NCBI GenBank assembly: GCA_963706445.1
Contig: OY970160.1
Coordinates: 1,312,001-1,376,000 of the forward strand
Direction: 5' to 3'
Source of the DNA: an uncultured Nitrososphaerales archaeon
Lineage (GTDB): Archaea > Thermoproteota > Nitrososphaeria > Nitrososphaerales > Gagatemarchaeaceae
Length of the DNA stretch: 64,000 nt
The notes under the pieces were generated by a model that was not told where the DNA came from, did no database searches, and saw only the letters and a list, made by a program, of their open reading frames with translations. The position numbers were made by a program, and so were the translations under genes. The stretch's first letter is position 1; each line of letters begins with the position of its first letter. Shown here piece by piece: positions 1-9,573 of the stretch.

Positions 1-2
1 CA

Positions 3-473
3 GGAAGCTGGGAAGTGAGGGTGACAGACGCAGATACGGGGGCATATGTCTCCCGGGCGTTCCCCGCTGGGATTTCACAATCCTTGAAGGTCGGGGACCA
101 GGAGGTATTTGCCCTCGAGTCGTACTCCAGGACGGCGGCGACCTTCGAGTACATGGGGAACCTGACCCTCGGCTCGATTTCTCTGGACGGCCAGAAGGTG
201 GTCTCGGGGACGTATGCCTACGGCTCCTGGGACCCGGACCACAACCCCGTTTTTGTCGTAGGGAGCTCGGGACAGAACCCTCCGGGATTCATCTACATCG
301 GCGAGGGTCCGTTGGGCTCTTACTTCTGGGACTACGCAGCTGTGTGGAAGTTAGCAGGGGACCCCATCGGCGCCCTGGCTGAGATTCTAATCGTAGTCGG
401 AGTCGTCTGCGCCGTCGCAGGTGCGGCCGTCGCCTTCAGACTGGCGCGGCGGCCGGCTGGCTCTGCTTCCTGA
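3..473 (+). CDS. C-terminal part of a membrane-anchored extracellular protein (5' end outside window)
   Basis: Frame open from position 3; beta-rich Gly/Ser/Tyr region, then a hydrophobic helix (ILIVVGVVCAVAGAAVAF) and a basic tail. Confidence 0.6.
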   Translation, partial: GSWEVRVTDADTGAYVSRAFPAGISQSLKVGDQEVFALESYSRTAATFEYMGNLTLGSISLDGQKVVSGTYAYGSWDPDHNPVFVVGSSGQNPPGFIYIGEGPLGSYFWDYAAVWKLAGDPIGALAEILIVVGVVCAVAGAAVAFRLARRPAGSAS

Positions 474-1893
474 AGACGTAGTTCTTGGCTGTCAGGGCGA
501 GGACGACGACGGCCAGCATGCAGGCTATGCCCAGGTAGAACACGTAGTCGTAGGCCGCAGACGCGGGGAACCGCATGGGACCCCCCGGGGTCGATGCCGT
601 CACATAGTAGGTGCTCATGATTGTGGTAGCCACGACCGGCCCGATGGCGCCGCCGATGTTCCTGAGCATGGTGTTAAGACCGAGTCCGGTGGCGACCGTC
701 TCCATGGGGAGAGAGACGCTGACCATGTTCACTATCGGGATGATGATGCCCACTGCGCCGACGAGGGAGACAGCCGTGTCGACCATGACGTCTGTGCTCG
801 TCCCCCTGTTGAAAATGAAGAGGACGAACCCGATTATTGCGATGATGCCGCCCAGGACCATGGCGGGCTTGGGACCGTTCCTTGCGACGAGCCTGCCGAG
901 CAGGGGCCCGCCGACGAGCATCAGGACGGTCGCCGGGGCGATGGTGAGCCCCGCAGATATCACGTCAAGGTTGAGGCCAGGGACGCCAGGATTGGGGAAC
1001 TGGCCGCTGAAGGGCAACTCCGTGTAGAAGATGACAGCGAAGAAGAGCATGAACATGCCTATGCCGGACAGGATTCCGGTCATGTTCGCCACGAGCACGT
1101 TCCGGATTCTGAGGAGATGGAGGGGTATCAGGGGGTTCGACTTCCTGCTTTCGGCCACGAAGAACGCGATGGTCAAGCCGGACCCGAGCGCGAGCGCCCC
1201 GAGATTGTATGCGTCTGTCCAGCCGACATAGGGGCCTTCGGTGAGATATAGCAGAAGCAGGGAGACACCCGTCATCAGCAGGATCACGGTCTGGTAACCC
1301 ACCTTCCGCCTCGAGCCGGGGTGCCCTGTGGGGAGGAACCTGGCCACGACGGCGAAGAGCACGACGCTCAGGATGAAGGCCGAGTGGAAGGCCCACTGCC
1401 ATCCGAGGTCCTGGACGACATAGGAGCCGATTATCAGCCCGAGGGCGGCGCCGATGGCGAAAGTCGCGCTTACGATCCCCTGGGCCGTCGCTATCCTCTC
1501 CCTGGGGAATGTCTCTGCGATAATCGCCAGAGCGAGGGGGACGACGGCGAAGCCGATCCCCTGGATGGCCCGGGCGGCGATAAGGAAGTAGATCGAGTTG
1601 GAGAAGCCGGCTATGCCGACCCCGGCTGTGTAGAAGACGAGCGCAATCAGGAACATGCGCTTCTTCCCGTAGCTGTCGCCTAGCTTGCCGAAGAGAGGCG
1701 AGACGGCGCTCCCCACTACGAGGAACGCTGAGGTGATCCAGGATACGAGGCTCTCTGTAGTGCTGAAGTCCCTCTGTATGATGGGGACCCCCGGTATGAC
1801 CATGGTCTCTACGTAGTTCAGGAGCAGCGCGACACCAACCATCGCGAGTAGGGCCCTCATCTGGTGGCTGGTCGTCCCCGTCTGGACGGGCAT
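436..1893 (-). CDS. MFS transporter, DHA2/EmrB-like (14 TM)
   Basis: MFS motif A GKLGDSYGKK, RAIQGIG, many TM helices; ATG at 1893 preferred. Confidence 0.92.
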   Translation of the reverse strand: MPVQTGTTSHQMRALLAMVGVALLLNYVETMVIPGVPIIQRDFSTTESLVSWITSAFLVVGSAVSPLFGKLGDSYGKKRMFLIALVFYTAGVGIAGFSNSIYFLIAARAIQGIGFAVVPLALAIIAETFPRERIATAQGIVSATFAIGAALGLIIGSYVVQDLGWQWAFHSAFILSVVLFAVVARFLPTGHPGSRRKVGYQTVILLMTGVSLLLLYLTEGPYVGWTDAYNLGALALGSGLTIAFFVAESRKSNPLIPLHLLRIRNVLVANMTGILSGIGMFMLFFAVIFYTELPFSGQFPNPGVPGLNLDVISAGLTIAPATVLMLVGGPLLGRLVARNGPKPAMVLGGIIAIIGFVLFIFNRGTSTDVMVDTAVSLVGAVGIIIPIVNMVSVSLPMETVATGLGLNTMLRNIGGAIGPVVATTIMSTYYVTASTPGGPMRFPASAAYDYVFYLGIACMLAVVVLALTAKNYVFRKQSQPAAAPV

Positions 1894-1954
1894 GGGCGGG
1901 GCTTGTTGCAAACTTCGACGAGCCAGCTGAACCGCCGATATAAAGGACTCAGGG

Positions 1955-2287
1955 TCAGGAATAGACGGATATGATGGCCCTGAAATGGGCCCTGGAGGTA
2001 CGCACCTCGCCACCAGACAGGGATTGGATGATAAGTCTGCCTTCCTCTCCGTCTAGAGATCTCAGCCTCTCTCCGATGGGGACCCCCCTGGTGGCTGACA
2101 TCGACTCCAGAAGGTTGGAGAATGAGTCGGGCTCGGGCCACGTCGTCCTCTTCCCGACCGTATCAAGCACTTCCCAGGTCAGCGGCCGGCCTTCGAGGGC
2201 TCTCCCAGGCCCAGGTGAAACCGCAAAGCGGGCACGCCCTTTGATCTCGAGCCCTGCTGCCTTCTGGACGAACCCTTCCCCCGCCAT
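1955..2287 (-). CDS. Hypothetical protein, possibly frameshifted at its 5' end
   Basis: Fills the gap between two minus-strand genes; a TATA-like box near 2345-2351 points to an ATG at 2324 in another frame. Confidence 0.35.
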   Translation of the reverse strand: MAGEGFVQKAAGLEIKGRARFAVSPGPGRALEGRPLTWEVLDTVGKRTTWPEPDSFSNLLESMSATRGVPIGERLRSLDGEEGRLIIQSLSGGEVRTSRAHFRAIISVYS

Positions 2288-2410
2288 GGGTGTATCCGAT
2301 CCAGAGCTGCTGGACGGAAGTCATATCGCGTGAGGATGGTCCCGTCTTATAGAGCGTTGCCGACATTATGTAGCGACAAGATGTCACTACGCCATGTCAC
2401 TGAAGGCCTA

Positions 2411-2995
2411 CTACGCCAACTTGGTCATGGTGGCCAGCCAGGCGTAACCTCCTTCCTCAAGGTGAAATGCCTCGAACCTGGCGGGAACTATGGAGTCGAC
2501 TTCCCACCCCTTGCTGAAGGTGTTTTGGATCTCTTCCCTTGTGACGCGCCGTGGGCCTCCCCAGTCGGCCGGCTCTCTTTCGCTGAAGCAGAGCAAGAAG
2601 TACCTTCCCCCAGGTTTCAATGCCTCGCCAAGGCTCGCGGCGAACTTCCACCTCTCCCGGTCTGAGAAGGTGTGAAAGAGGCCGCAGTCGGTGGCGGTGT
2701 CGAAAACCCTCTTCAGCGAGGGCAGGTCCAGGGCGTCCGCCTCCATGAACTCCGCCGTGGACCCTCGTTCGTTTGCCTTGACCTTGGCTTTCGCGATGGC
2801 GAGGGGTGCCGAGTCGACCCCGAGGACGCTGAGCCCCTTCGACGCGAACATCATCGCGTTTTCTCCAGTCCCGCAGCCGAGGTCTATGACTTTGCCCCTG
2901 ATCTTCCCCGAATCGGCCAGCCTTACGAACTCCCCTTGCGGGCGCCCGATGTCCCAGGGCGGGGTCCCGAGGTATGCGGAGCTGAAGAAGCTCAT
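2411..2995 (-). CDS. Class I SAM-dependent methyltransferase (TPMT/TehB-like)
   Basis: PPWDIGRPQ N-terminus, VIDLGCGTG motif I, DCGLFH. Confidence 0.9.
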   Translation of the reverse strand: MSFFSSAYLGTPPWDIGRPQGEFVRLADSGKIRGKVIDLGCGTGENAMMFASKGLSVLGVDSAPLAIAKAKVKANERGSTAEFMEADALDLPSLKRVFDTATDCGLFHTFSDRERWKFAASLGEALKPGGRYFLLCFSEREPADWGGPRRVTREEIQNTFSKGWEVDSIVPARFEAFHLEEGGYAWLATMTKLA

Positions 2996-2999
2996 CCCA

Positions 3000-3938
3000 C
3001 TACACTCCACTTCGGAGGGAGTCTGCAAGCAGCTCGATCATTTCGACGTTTTCAGGGACGAGGGTCTGGAAATAGATCCTCTTCACTCCAGAGTCTTCCT
3101 TCTCGGCCACCTTCACGAGGAACTCTTCGACGGTGCCGCAGGGGGCGTCTCTTGCCCTCAGGCGCGCAAGGATGTCGGTTGGACCGGGGTCCTCCCCCAG
3201 CTTGGCGCCCTGGAGCCTAGCATACTCCTCGAGCTTCTCCTTGTTTTTGGCGATCAGGTAGGGCCCCATTTCGGTGAGTTCAACCTTGCGCCCGTCTGAC
3301 GCGCCGTCGAGGACCGGGCGCAATTGGGTGATCTCGTCCTTGGCCATCCTGAAGAAGTTCCATTCGTCCGCGAACCTCCCTGCGAGCCTCACTACGGGCT
3401 TCGTCCTCCCTCCGATGATGAGATGCATGCGACCCGAAGGTCTTGGCAGGCAGTCGGTGTGCGCGGAGTAGTGCTCGCCGTCGTAGTCCACTCTCCCCGA
3501 CCTTATCATTGCCGAGATGATCTCCACGGCCTCCTTGAACTCCCCGACCCGCGTCTTGAAATCCGGGAATTCGTATCCGTGGGCCCGGTACTCGGCCTCG
3601 TACCATCCTGCTCCGATGGCCAGCTGGAGCCTGCCCCCAGAGAACGAATGGACTGTGCAGGCCATTTTCGCGAGTAGAGCGGGGTTGCGGAAGCCGACGG
3701 GGGTCACCATGGGACCGAACCTTATCCTGCGGGTGGCGGCGGCGATGACTCCGAGGCTGGTCCAGCACTCGGGGGAGTCGATGCCCCTCCTGTCGTCGGT
3801 GGGGAGGATATGGTCGGAGCGGAACAGGTATCCGAACCCCAGCTCCTCGGCTCGCTTCGCCGTGTCCACCAGCTGGGCCATGCTCATCCCCAGCTGAGGT
3901 TCGAGCATTATTCCGCACTCTTTGATGGAGATGGTCAG
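3000..3938 (-). CDS. LLM-class (luciferase-like) F420-dependent oxidoreductase
   Basis: RSDH, FRNPALLAK, SGGRLQLAIGAGW motifs; start either ATG 3908 or CTG 3938. Confidence 0.9.
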   Translation of the reverse strand: MTISIKECGIMLEPQLGMSMAQLVDTAKRAEELGFGYLFRSDHILPTDDRRGIDSPECWTSLGVIAAATRRIRFGPMVTPVGFRNPALLAKMACTVHSFSGGRLQLAIGAGWYEAEYRAHGYEFPDFKTRVGEFKEAVEIISAMIRSGRVDYDGEHYSAHTDCLPRPSGRMHLIIGGRTKPVVRLAGRFADEWNFFRMAKDEITQLRPVLDGASDGRKVELTEMGPYLIAKNKEKLEEYARLQGAKLGEDPGPTDILARLRARDAPCGTVEEFLVKVAEKEDSGVKRIYFQTLVPENVEMIELLADSLRSGV

Positions 3939-4067
3939 ACGAAGTGTCCCTGGTCAACCTGGTCCGGCAGTAGTTAATATCTGTCAGGAGACCTGGGAAT
4001 GAGCGATCATCTAGTTTGTGATCAACCTGCTCGTGAGAATAAATAGCTCCGGAACCTGACGGACCAA

Positions 4068-4298
4068 GTGCATAAGTCGCAGATAGCGGGGGCGATAATG
4101 ATCTTGATTGGAGCCCTGGTCCTGATCCTGCTATCAAGCTTCATCGTGAATGTCATCGTCACCCTTCTTGAGCTCCTCGCCGTCATCGTCGGGGTTGTGC
4201 TCGTCCTCGGGGGGATAGCGATGCTCATCTTCGGAAGGAGGTTCTGGGGTCGAAGGGGGTGGAGCTGGGGCCCTCCCCCGCAGACTACCGACGCGTGA
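4068..4298 (+). CDS. Small two-TM membrane protein
   Basis: 76 aa, two hydrophobic helices, TATA-like AATAAATA about 30 nt upstream. Confidence 0.7.
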   Translation: MHKSQIAGAIMILIGALVLILLSSFIVNVIVTLLELLAVIVGVVLVLGGIAMLIFGRRFWGRRGWSWGPPPQTTDA

Positions 4299-4347
4299 CC
4301 GAGTTAGGCAGATAGCGTAAATACGCTCGGAAAGGCGGGAATTCCAC

Positions 4348-5271
4348 TTGCCTGCCATCACTGTGGAGGGCCTGGTCAGGAACTACGGACAGCTTCGCGC
4401 GGTTGACGGGATATCGTTTTCAGTGGAGAAAGGGGAGGTCTTCTCCCTTCTGGGGCCCAACGGAGCGGGAAAGACCACCACCATAGAGATACTCGAGGGG
4501 CTGAGGCAGCAGGATGGAGGGTCGGTGAAGGTACTTGATCTCGACCCGTGGACCAAGGGATATGAGCTCCACAAGAGGATAGGCGTAATACCTCAGGGGT
4601 TCAAGTTCCTCGACTACCCGACCCCCAAGGAGGCAATCCTGTATTATGGCGCCCTCTTCGACAAGAAAGTGGACCCGGACGAGATGCTTCGCCGTGTGAT
4701 ACTGGAGGACGCCGCAAACATCTGGTTCCAGCACCTGTCGGGAGGGCAGAAGCAGAAGCTGGGGATGGCGCTTTCTCTTGTAAACGACCCGGAAGTGATA
4801 TTCCTTGATGAGCCGACAACGGGCCTGGACCCGCAAGCAAGGAGGGCCGTGTGGGAGGTCATCAGGAAGCTGAAGAACGAAGGGAGGACGGTGATGCTCA
4901 CCACGCACTACCTCGAGGAGGCAGAGGAGCTCGCCGACAAGGTCGCCATCATGGACCATGGAAAGATCGTGGCCGCGGGAACCACCGAGGAGATAGAGAA
5001 CAAATACGGATCGGGACAGAAGCTGGTAGTGAAGGCGAAGGAAGACCTTCTGAAGTTCCTTCAGGAGAATACCAAGCTGAAGGCGGAAGCGCTACCGAAC
5101 GGGTTCCTCGCCATATCCCTGAGAGACAAGGACGACGCCCTCGTGGCCCTCGGTGCCATCGAAGAGTCGGGAGTCGAGTGGGGAGACCTGACGGTCAAAA
5201 GGGACAGCCTTGAAGACGTTTTTCTCAGGTTGGTGGGTCCCGAGGGGCAGTCAGAGAAGGAGTCGGCATAA
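4348..5271 (+). CDS. ABC transporter ATP-binding protein (DrrA-like exporter)
   Basis: GPNGAGKT, LSGGQ, FLDEPT, H-loop TTHY. Confidence 0.95.
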   Translation: MPAITVEGLVRNYGQLRAVDGISFSVEKGEVFSLLGPNGAGKTTTIEILEGLRQQDGGSVKVLDLDPWTKGYELHKRIGVIPQGFKFLDYPTPKEAILYYGALFDKKVDPDEMLRRVILEDAANIWFQHLSGGQKQKLGMALSLVNDPEVIFLDEPTTGLDPQARRAVWEVIRKLKNEGRTVMLTTHYLEEAEELADKVAIMDHGKIVAAGTTEEIENKYGSGQKLVVKAKEDLLKFLQENTKLKAEALPNGFLAISLRDKDDALVALGAIEESGVEWGDLTVKRDSLEDVFLRLVGPEGQSEKESA

Positions 5272-5272
5272 C

Positions 5273-6397
5273 ATGGCATTCAGTCTGCAGAGGATGTTGG
5301 CTGAGCTCAAGGTCTACGCCAGGGGCAATGTACGGAGCAGGGAGGGGTTCTTCTTCACTCTGATATTTCCGATTATTCTCATCCTTCTCTTCGGGGCCAT
5401 ATTCTCGGGCGGAGGGGTCAGCCAAGTGACAGTGTACGTCCAGAACCACGACAATGGGATTGCTTCGACCCAGTTCCTCTCTGCACTCAATGGAACTTCG
5501 AGCGACTGTAGTTCTTCTGTGTCGTCGGGCCTCTGCCTGAAGAGCGTCCCCGCAGACTTAAACTTTTCACAATACCTGTCATCTCACTCCGCGTCCGACG
5601 GCATTGTCATTCCTGCGAACTTCACAATCAATTACAGCGAGAAGACACCTGTCAATGTCACCGTGTACGGGGATCCCGCCTCTACCACGAGCGCGGTGGT
5701 CGGGGGGACTGTGAGCGAATTTGTCAACGCGTTCAATGCGTACGGAGTCCCTGGCCTGGCTCACGTAGGGGTCAGCTCGCAGACTGCAGTCTCGTCTAAC
5801 TACAAGTACATCGACTTCCTCATCCCCGGGTTGGTAGGGTTCGCGGCACTAACGAGCCCGATGTTCGCCTTGGTCAACATCAGCTCCACTTACAGGAGAG
5901 ACAAGGTGTTCAAGCTGCTCTCGCTGACGCCCCTGACCAAGACTGAATGGCTGATCTCCAAGATCGTCTGGTACATCGGGACGACGGTGGTTTCGTTCAT
6001 CCTAATGTCGCTCGTGGGTGTGTACGTGTTCGGCGCCCATATTGTAGTCAACCCCGGCATCGCCATGTTCCTTGTCATCGGTCCTTTCTTTTTCGTATCC
6101 CTCGGAATGCTGGTGGGGACCATCTCGAACAGCCCGGAGTCCGCAGCCGTGGTCGGGAACCTTGTGACCTTCCCCATGATGTTCCTCTCAGGGACCTTCT
6201 TCCCTGTAAGCTCGATGCCAATGTACCTTCAGGGGATCGCCCACATCCTCCCACTGTACTACATGATCGACGGCCTGAACAATGTGATGATCTACGGGAA
6301 CTACGGGCCGGCCCTATTCGACGCCGGAATTCTAGTGGTCCTTTCAGTGATCGTCTTCGCACTCGCCGTGCGGTTCTTCCGCTGGCGCGAAGACTGA
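5273..6397 (+). CDS. ABC-2 type exporter permease
   Basis: Six TM helices with a large extracellular loop, FLSGTFFP motif; directly follows the ATPase. Confidence 0.92.
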   Translation: MAFSLQRMLAELKVYARGNVRSREGFFFTLIFPIILILLFGAIFSGGGVSQVTVYVQNHDNGIASTQFLSALNGTSSDCSSSVSSGLCLKSVPADLNFSQYLSSHSASDGIVIPANFTINYSEKTPVNVTVYGDPASTTSAVVGGTVSEFVNAFNAYGVPGLAHVGVSSQTAVSSNYKYIDFLIPGLVGFAALTSPMFALVNISSTYRRDKVFKLLSLTPLTKTEWLISKIVWYIGTTVVSFILMSLVGVYVFGAHIVVNPGIAMFLVIGPFFFVSLGMLVGTISNSPESAAVVGNLVTFPMMFLSGTFFPVSSMPMYLQGIAHILPLYYMIDGLNNVMIYGNYGPALFDAGILVVLSVIVFALAVRFFRWRED

Positions 6398-6441
6398 CAC
6401 GGCCGTTATCTTATATCTCCTGAAAACATTCGCAGGGCCGG

Positions 6442-6699
6442 TTGAAGAAGAGGGACACCATTCTCGTCCAGATGGAAATCCTCGCATCACTCTTCGCTTC
6501 TCCGAAGATAATTACGAGGCTTGCCCAGACGTGCAACGTCAACACCGGTAGAATCGGGAGCATAGTCGCCCCGATGCTCTCAAAGGGGCTGGCTAGGAAG
6601 GAGCTCGTCGATGGACAGGAGACGCTCATGATAAGCGAAGAAGGGTACAAGCTCTACCAGGACTGGCTTGAAATCTGGAGGCTCCCTCTGGTGACATGA
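6442..6699 (+). CDS. Small archaeal winged-helix DNA-binding protein
   Basis: KRD-x-I..EIL...ITRLAQTCNVN...L.KGL...ISEEG pattern typical of short archaeal wHTH proteins. Confidence 0.75.
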   Translation: MKKRDTILVQMEILASLFASPKIITRLAQTCNVNTGRIGSIVAPMLSKGLARKELVDGQETLMISEEGYKLYQDWLEIWRLPLVT

Positions 6700-6738
6700 T
6701 GTCGCTAGGGCTTTTATGCTCTCGACGGGGGTTTAATC

Positions 6739-7095
6739 ATGATGAATGAGGACAGGAAGAAGGGGCCGGAGATCATTGAGGCCCACCAGGAGCTCGTAGG
6801 TCACATCGAACAGGGGGCGAGGAGGATGCAGGTCCTCTCGGTGGTTACGGTCATCGTGGCTGGGTTCCTGGCTATCTCCTACGTTGCCCAGCTAGCGCTA
6901 CCTCTGACGGGGACGAAGACCCAGACGGTGAACCTCACAGACCCTACGCTGGTGATTACGGAGCTTGTCGCACTAGGGCTGACTGTGGTGTGGCTCTATG
7001 TCGGGGTCAGCGACCTCGGGTTCTCGCTGCGGATGAAGAGGGAAATCTCGAGGGCGAGGTTGAAAAAGAAGGAAATCGACGCGAAGCTCGGCTAG
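6739..7095 (+). CDS. Hypothetical two-TM membrane protein
   Basis: 118 aa ORF with two hydrophobic helices; upstream TTTTAT box. Confidence 0.7.
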   Translation: MMNEDRKKGPEIIEAHQELVGHIEQGARRMQVLSVVTVIVAGFLAISYVAQLALPLTGTKTQTVNLTDPTLVITELVALGLTVVWLYVGVSDLGFSLRMKREISRARLKKKEIDAKLG

Positions 7096-7097
7096 GC

Positions 7098-7606
7098 CTA
7101 GCCGTTCTGCTCAAACCTGGGCGTGGTCTTCTGCCATTCGCCGAGTTCCTGCATCATCTTGGCGAGATCGGGGTCCTCGTTCTGGATTATGGTGACGTAC
7201 CCGGCAAGGTCAGAGTCCGACAGATGTTCGGTGAGCGGGGGGAGCTTCAGCTTGTGGCTCTCCACGATATGGATTCCTGCGTCGAAGGGTTCTTGATGAA
7301 CCGCTCGAACTTTTCGTCCTTGTTGGAGAACCCTTCCGCGACCTCCTTACGCAGGCTGGAGAAGACCCCCCTGATTTTCGCCTCGACCTCGGGGCCAGCG
7401 TCCGCCAGGGGCGCCTTCACCTTCCTTGTCGGGCTGCCTTCATCCATGGATGATGTCAGGGCTTCGGCGGTCTTCGTGAGGGCGTCGGCCAGTCCGGAGG
7501 CTAAGGTCGCAAAGACCCCCTCGAACATCCCCATCATGATCATTGAGAGGTTAGTTATGAGGTTCTCGACCTTCTCGTCCCTGGTTGACTCGTGGGGCAC
7601 CGGCAC
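7098..7606 (-). pseudogene. Hypothetical helical protein interrupted by two frameshifts
   Basis: Protein-like reading continues across frame changes near 7285 and 7170 (…FIKNP/FDAGIHIVESHKLKLPPLTE…QNEDP/LAKMMQELGEWQKTTPRFEQNG*). Confidence 0.55.
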
Positions 7607-7649
7607 GCCAAGGGTCTGAGAATGGTGCCCTAAATACAGCGACTCGCTG

Positions 7650-8609
7650 CTATCTGCCGTCGGCCCCTTGAAGCGGAGGAGACTCCGTAGGCTTGACGTC
7701 GAGAGTGCCCCTCCTGCCCAACCTGTTGACGTCCAGCCTGATGGTTCCCCCAGCTTGGACCTTGGAGATGGCCAAGAGTAGGTCCTTGGTGTGTTTGACC
7801 TCGCCACCCGCGGCTCCGATGATGACATCCCCGTTCCTCAGACTCGCATGGTCAGCTGGACTCCGAGGAACGACCTCCGCGACCAAGAAACCCGTCTCGG
7901 CCTGCAGATTGTACCTCCTCGCGAGCTGTGGCGTCATGTCGATCCCTGAGATGCCGATCCATCGGCGCGTGACCCTGCCGTTCTCCAGGATCTCCTGGGC
8001 GATCTTCTTCACGGTGTTGATCGGGATGGCGAACCCCATCCCTTGGGCATAGGGGATCATCAGGGTGGTGATGCCGATGATACGCCCTTCGAGGTCGGCA
8101 AGAGGGCCCCCGCTGTTGCCGGGATTCACCGCGGCATCGGTCTGTAGAAGGCCCTCAAAGATGAAATCCGAACCAGGCAGAGGCCTTCCCTTCGCGCTAA
8201 GCACCCCCATGGATACGGTCGGCCCGCCTGGAAGCGCCAGCGCGTTCCCTATGGCGAGGACGAACTGGCCCACACGCAGCACCTCCGAGTCGCCGAGGTC
8301 TGCGGCTGGCAGGTCTGACGCGTTTACTCTGATTACCGCGACGTCGGTGGCCTCGTCCGAGCCGACGACCTCGCCTGTGAAGGTCCGGCCGTCCTTAAGG
8401 CTGACGTGGACCTGGTTCGCCCCGTCGATTACGTGGTCGTTGGTGACTATCAGCCCCTTCCTGTCGAGGATTATCCCAGAGCCTTGGCCCTCGAGGGGGA
8501 CGATGCCGAAGAACCGCCTCTCCAGCCGCATGCTGCTGACACCTACGATGCTTTCGCTAAGTTTCTCGACTGCCTGGGTCACCTGGCCCTCGAACCCTGA
8601 AAGCGCCAT
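7650..8609 (-). CDS. HtrA/DegP-family trypsin-like serine protease with PDZ domain
   Basis: GSG, TNDHV (His), DVAVI (Asp), QTDAAVNPGNSGGPL (Ser), C-terminal PDZ. Confidence 0.95.
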   Translation of the reverse strand: MALSGFEGQVTQAVEKLSESIVGVSSMRLERRFFGIVPLEGQGSGIILDRKGLIVTNDHVIDGANQVHVSLKDGRTFTGEVVGSDEATDVAVIRVNASDLPAADLGDSEVLRVGQFVLAIGNALALPGGPTVSMGVLSAKGRPLPGSDFIFEGLLQTDAAVNPGNSGGPLADLEGRIIGITTLMIPYAQGMGFAIPINTVKKIAQEILENGRVTRRWIGISGIDMTPQLARRYNLQAETGFLVAEVVPRSPADHASLRNGDVIIGAAGGEVKHTKDLLLAISKVQAGGTIRLDVNRLGRRGTLDVKPTESPPLQGADGR

Positions 8610-8611
8610 CC

Positions 8612-8986
8612 TCAGCCCACCAGCCCCCAACTCCTAATATTGAGTGGGATTATCCTAATCATGGTCACACCGTCGTCGGATACGACGTGTTCGGCCTTTC
8701 CGCGCACCTCGACACCCCTAACCTTCCAGGGTTTGGTGGATATTGTGTCATCAACGACGAAGGCCACCTTGTCGTTGGCCATCATGTTCCTGTACTTCAG
8801 ACTCTTCGTCAGATTCCACCCTCCGAATGTAATCGTCGAGCCATCGAAGCGGTACCCCACTGGGACGACGTGAGGCTGACCTCCCAGGGAGGAAGTGGCT
8901 ATCCTGCCGATGAAGTTCTCGGCGCGGTATTCCGCCTCGGCCTCACTGAACTTGGACGAGGTCCTTTGGACGCCTTCGTTTGTCAT
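8612..8986 (-). CDS. PPOX-class putative F420-dependent oxidoreductase
   Basis: GRIAT…PHVVPV…KYRN…VAFVVDD…PWKVRGVEVRG. Confidence 0.85.
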   Translation of the reverse strand: MTNEGVQRTSSKFSEAEAEYRAENFIGRIATSSLGGQPHVVPVGYRFDGSTITFGGWNLTKSLKYRNMMANDKVAFVVDDTISTKPWKVRGVEVRGKAEHVVSDDGVTMIRIIPLNIRSWGLVG

Positions 8987-9045
8987 TCGAAACCTCTTTG
9001 TGAGACAGGTTTTTAAGACCAGTAGTTTTTCCTGACCAACTACGT

Positions 9046-9429
9046 ATGTCTAACCTCACCAAGTCAGAGCAGCTTGACCAGAAGACGCTGGACTCGTGCG
9101 CCGTGACCCACCAGACCTGGAACCAGATCACCCGCACCTGGACCCTCCCCACCATCCACATGCTGGGGCAGATGGAACCGGCAAGGTTCAACCAGCTGAA
9201 GAACCACATCAAGGGGATCAGCGCGACGTCGCTGGCCGAGAGGCTCTCGCAGCTAGAGAAGTTCGGAGTGGTGCAGAGGAAGGTCTATGCAGAAGAGAAG
9301 CCGCGCATCGAGTACTCTCTGACGGTCAAGGGGCACGAGGTCTACAAGGTCCTGTGCGGGCTCGCGGAATGGTCTCAGCGGTGGGCGGGGAAGGAACCGA
9401 ACAGCCGAGAGTTCGTGGTATCGCAGTAG
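9046..9429 (+). CDS. HxlR-family transcriptional regulator
   Basis: C near the N-terminus, WT..I, RFNQL…GIS..L.ERL..LE..G.V.R, P.IEYSLT.KG. Confidence 0.92.
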   Translation: MSNLTKSEQLDQKTLDSCAVTHQTWNQITRTWTLPTIHMLGQMEPARFNQLKNHIKGISATSLAERLSQLEKFGVVQRKVYAEEKPRIEYSLTVKGHEVYKVLCGLAEWSQRWAGKEPNSREFVVSQ

Positions 9430-9573
9430 CCACGGTTTAAGAATCCAGAAGCCGAAGGAAGAAAGTCATCGGCGCTGCGCTACGGTTCATTGAAGATCAG
9501 GCCGCCTGGGACCAAATGGTCGAGACTCGGTCCTTGCATGGAGTTTCTGTTTAGGTGATCGTTCAGGCTTTTC

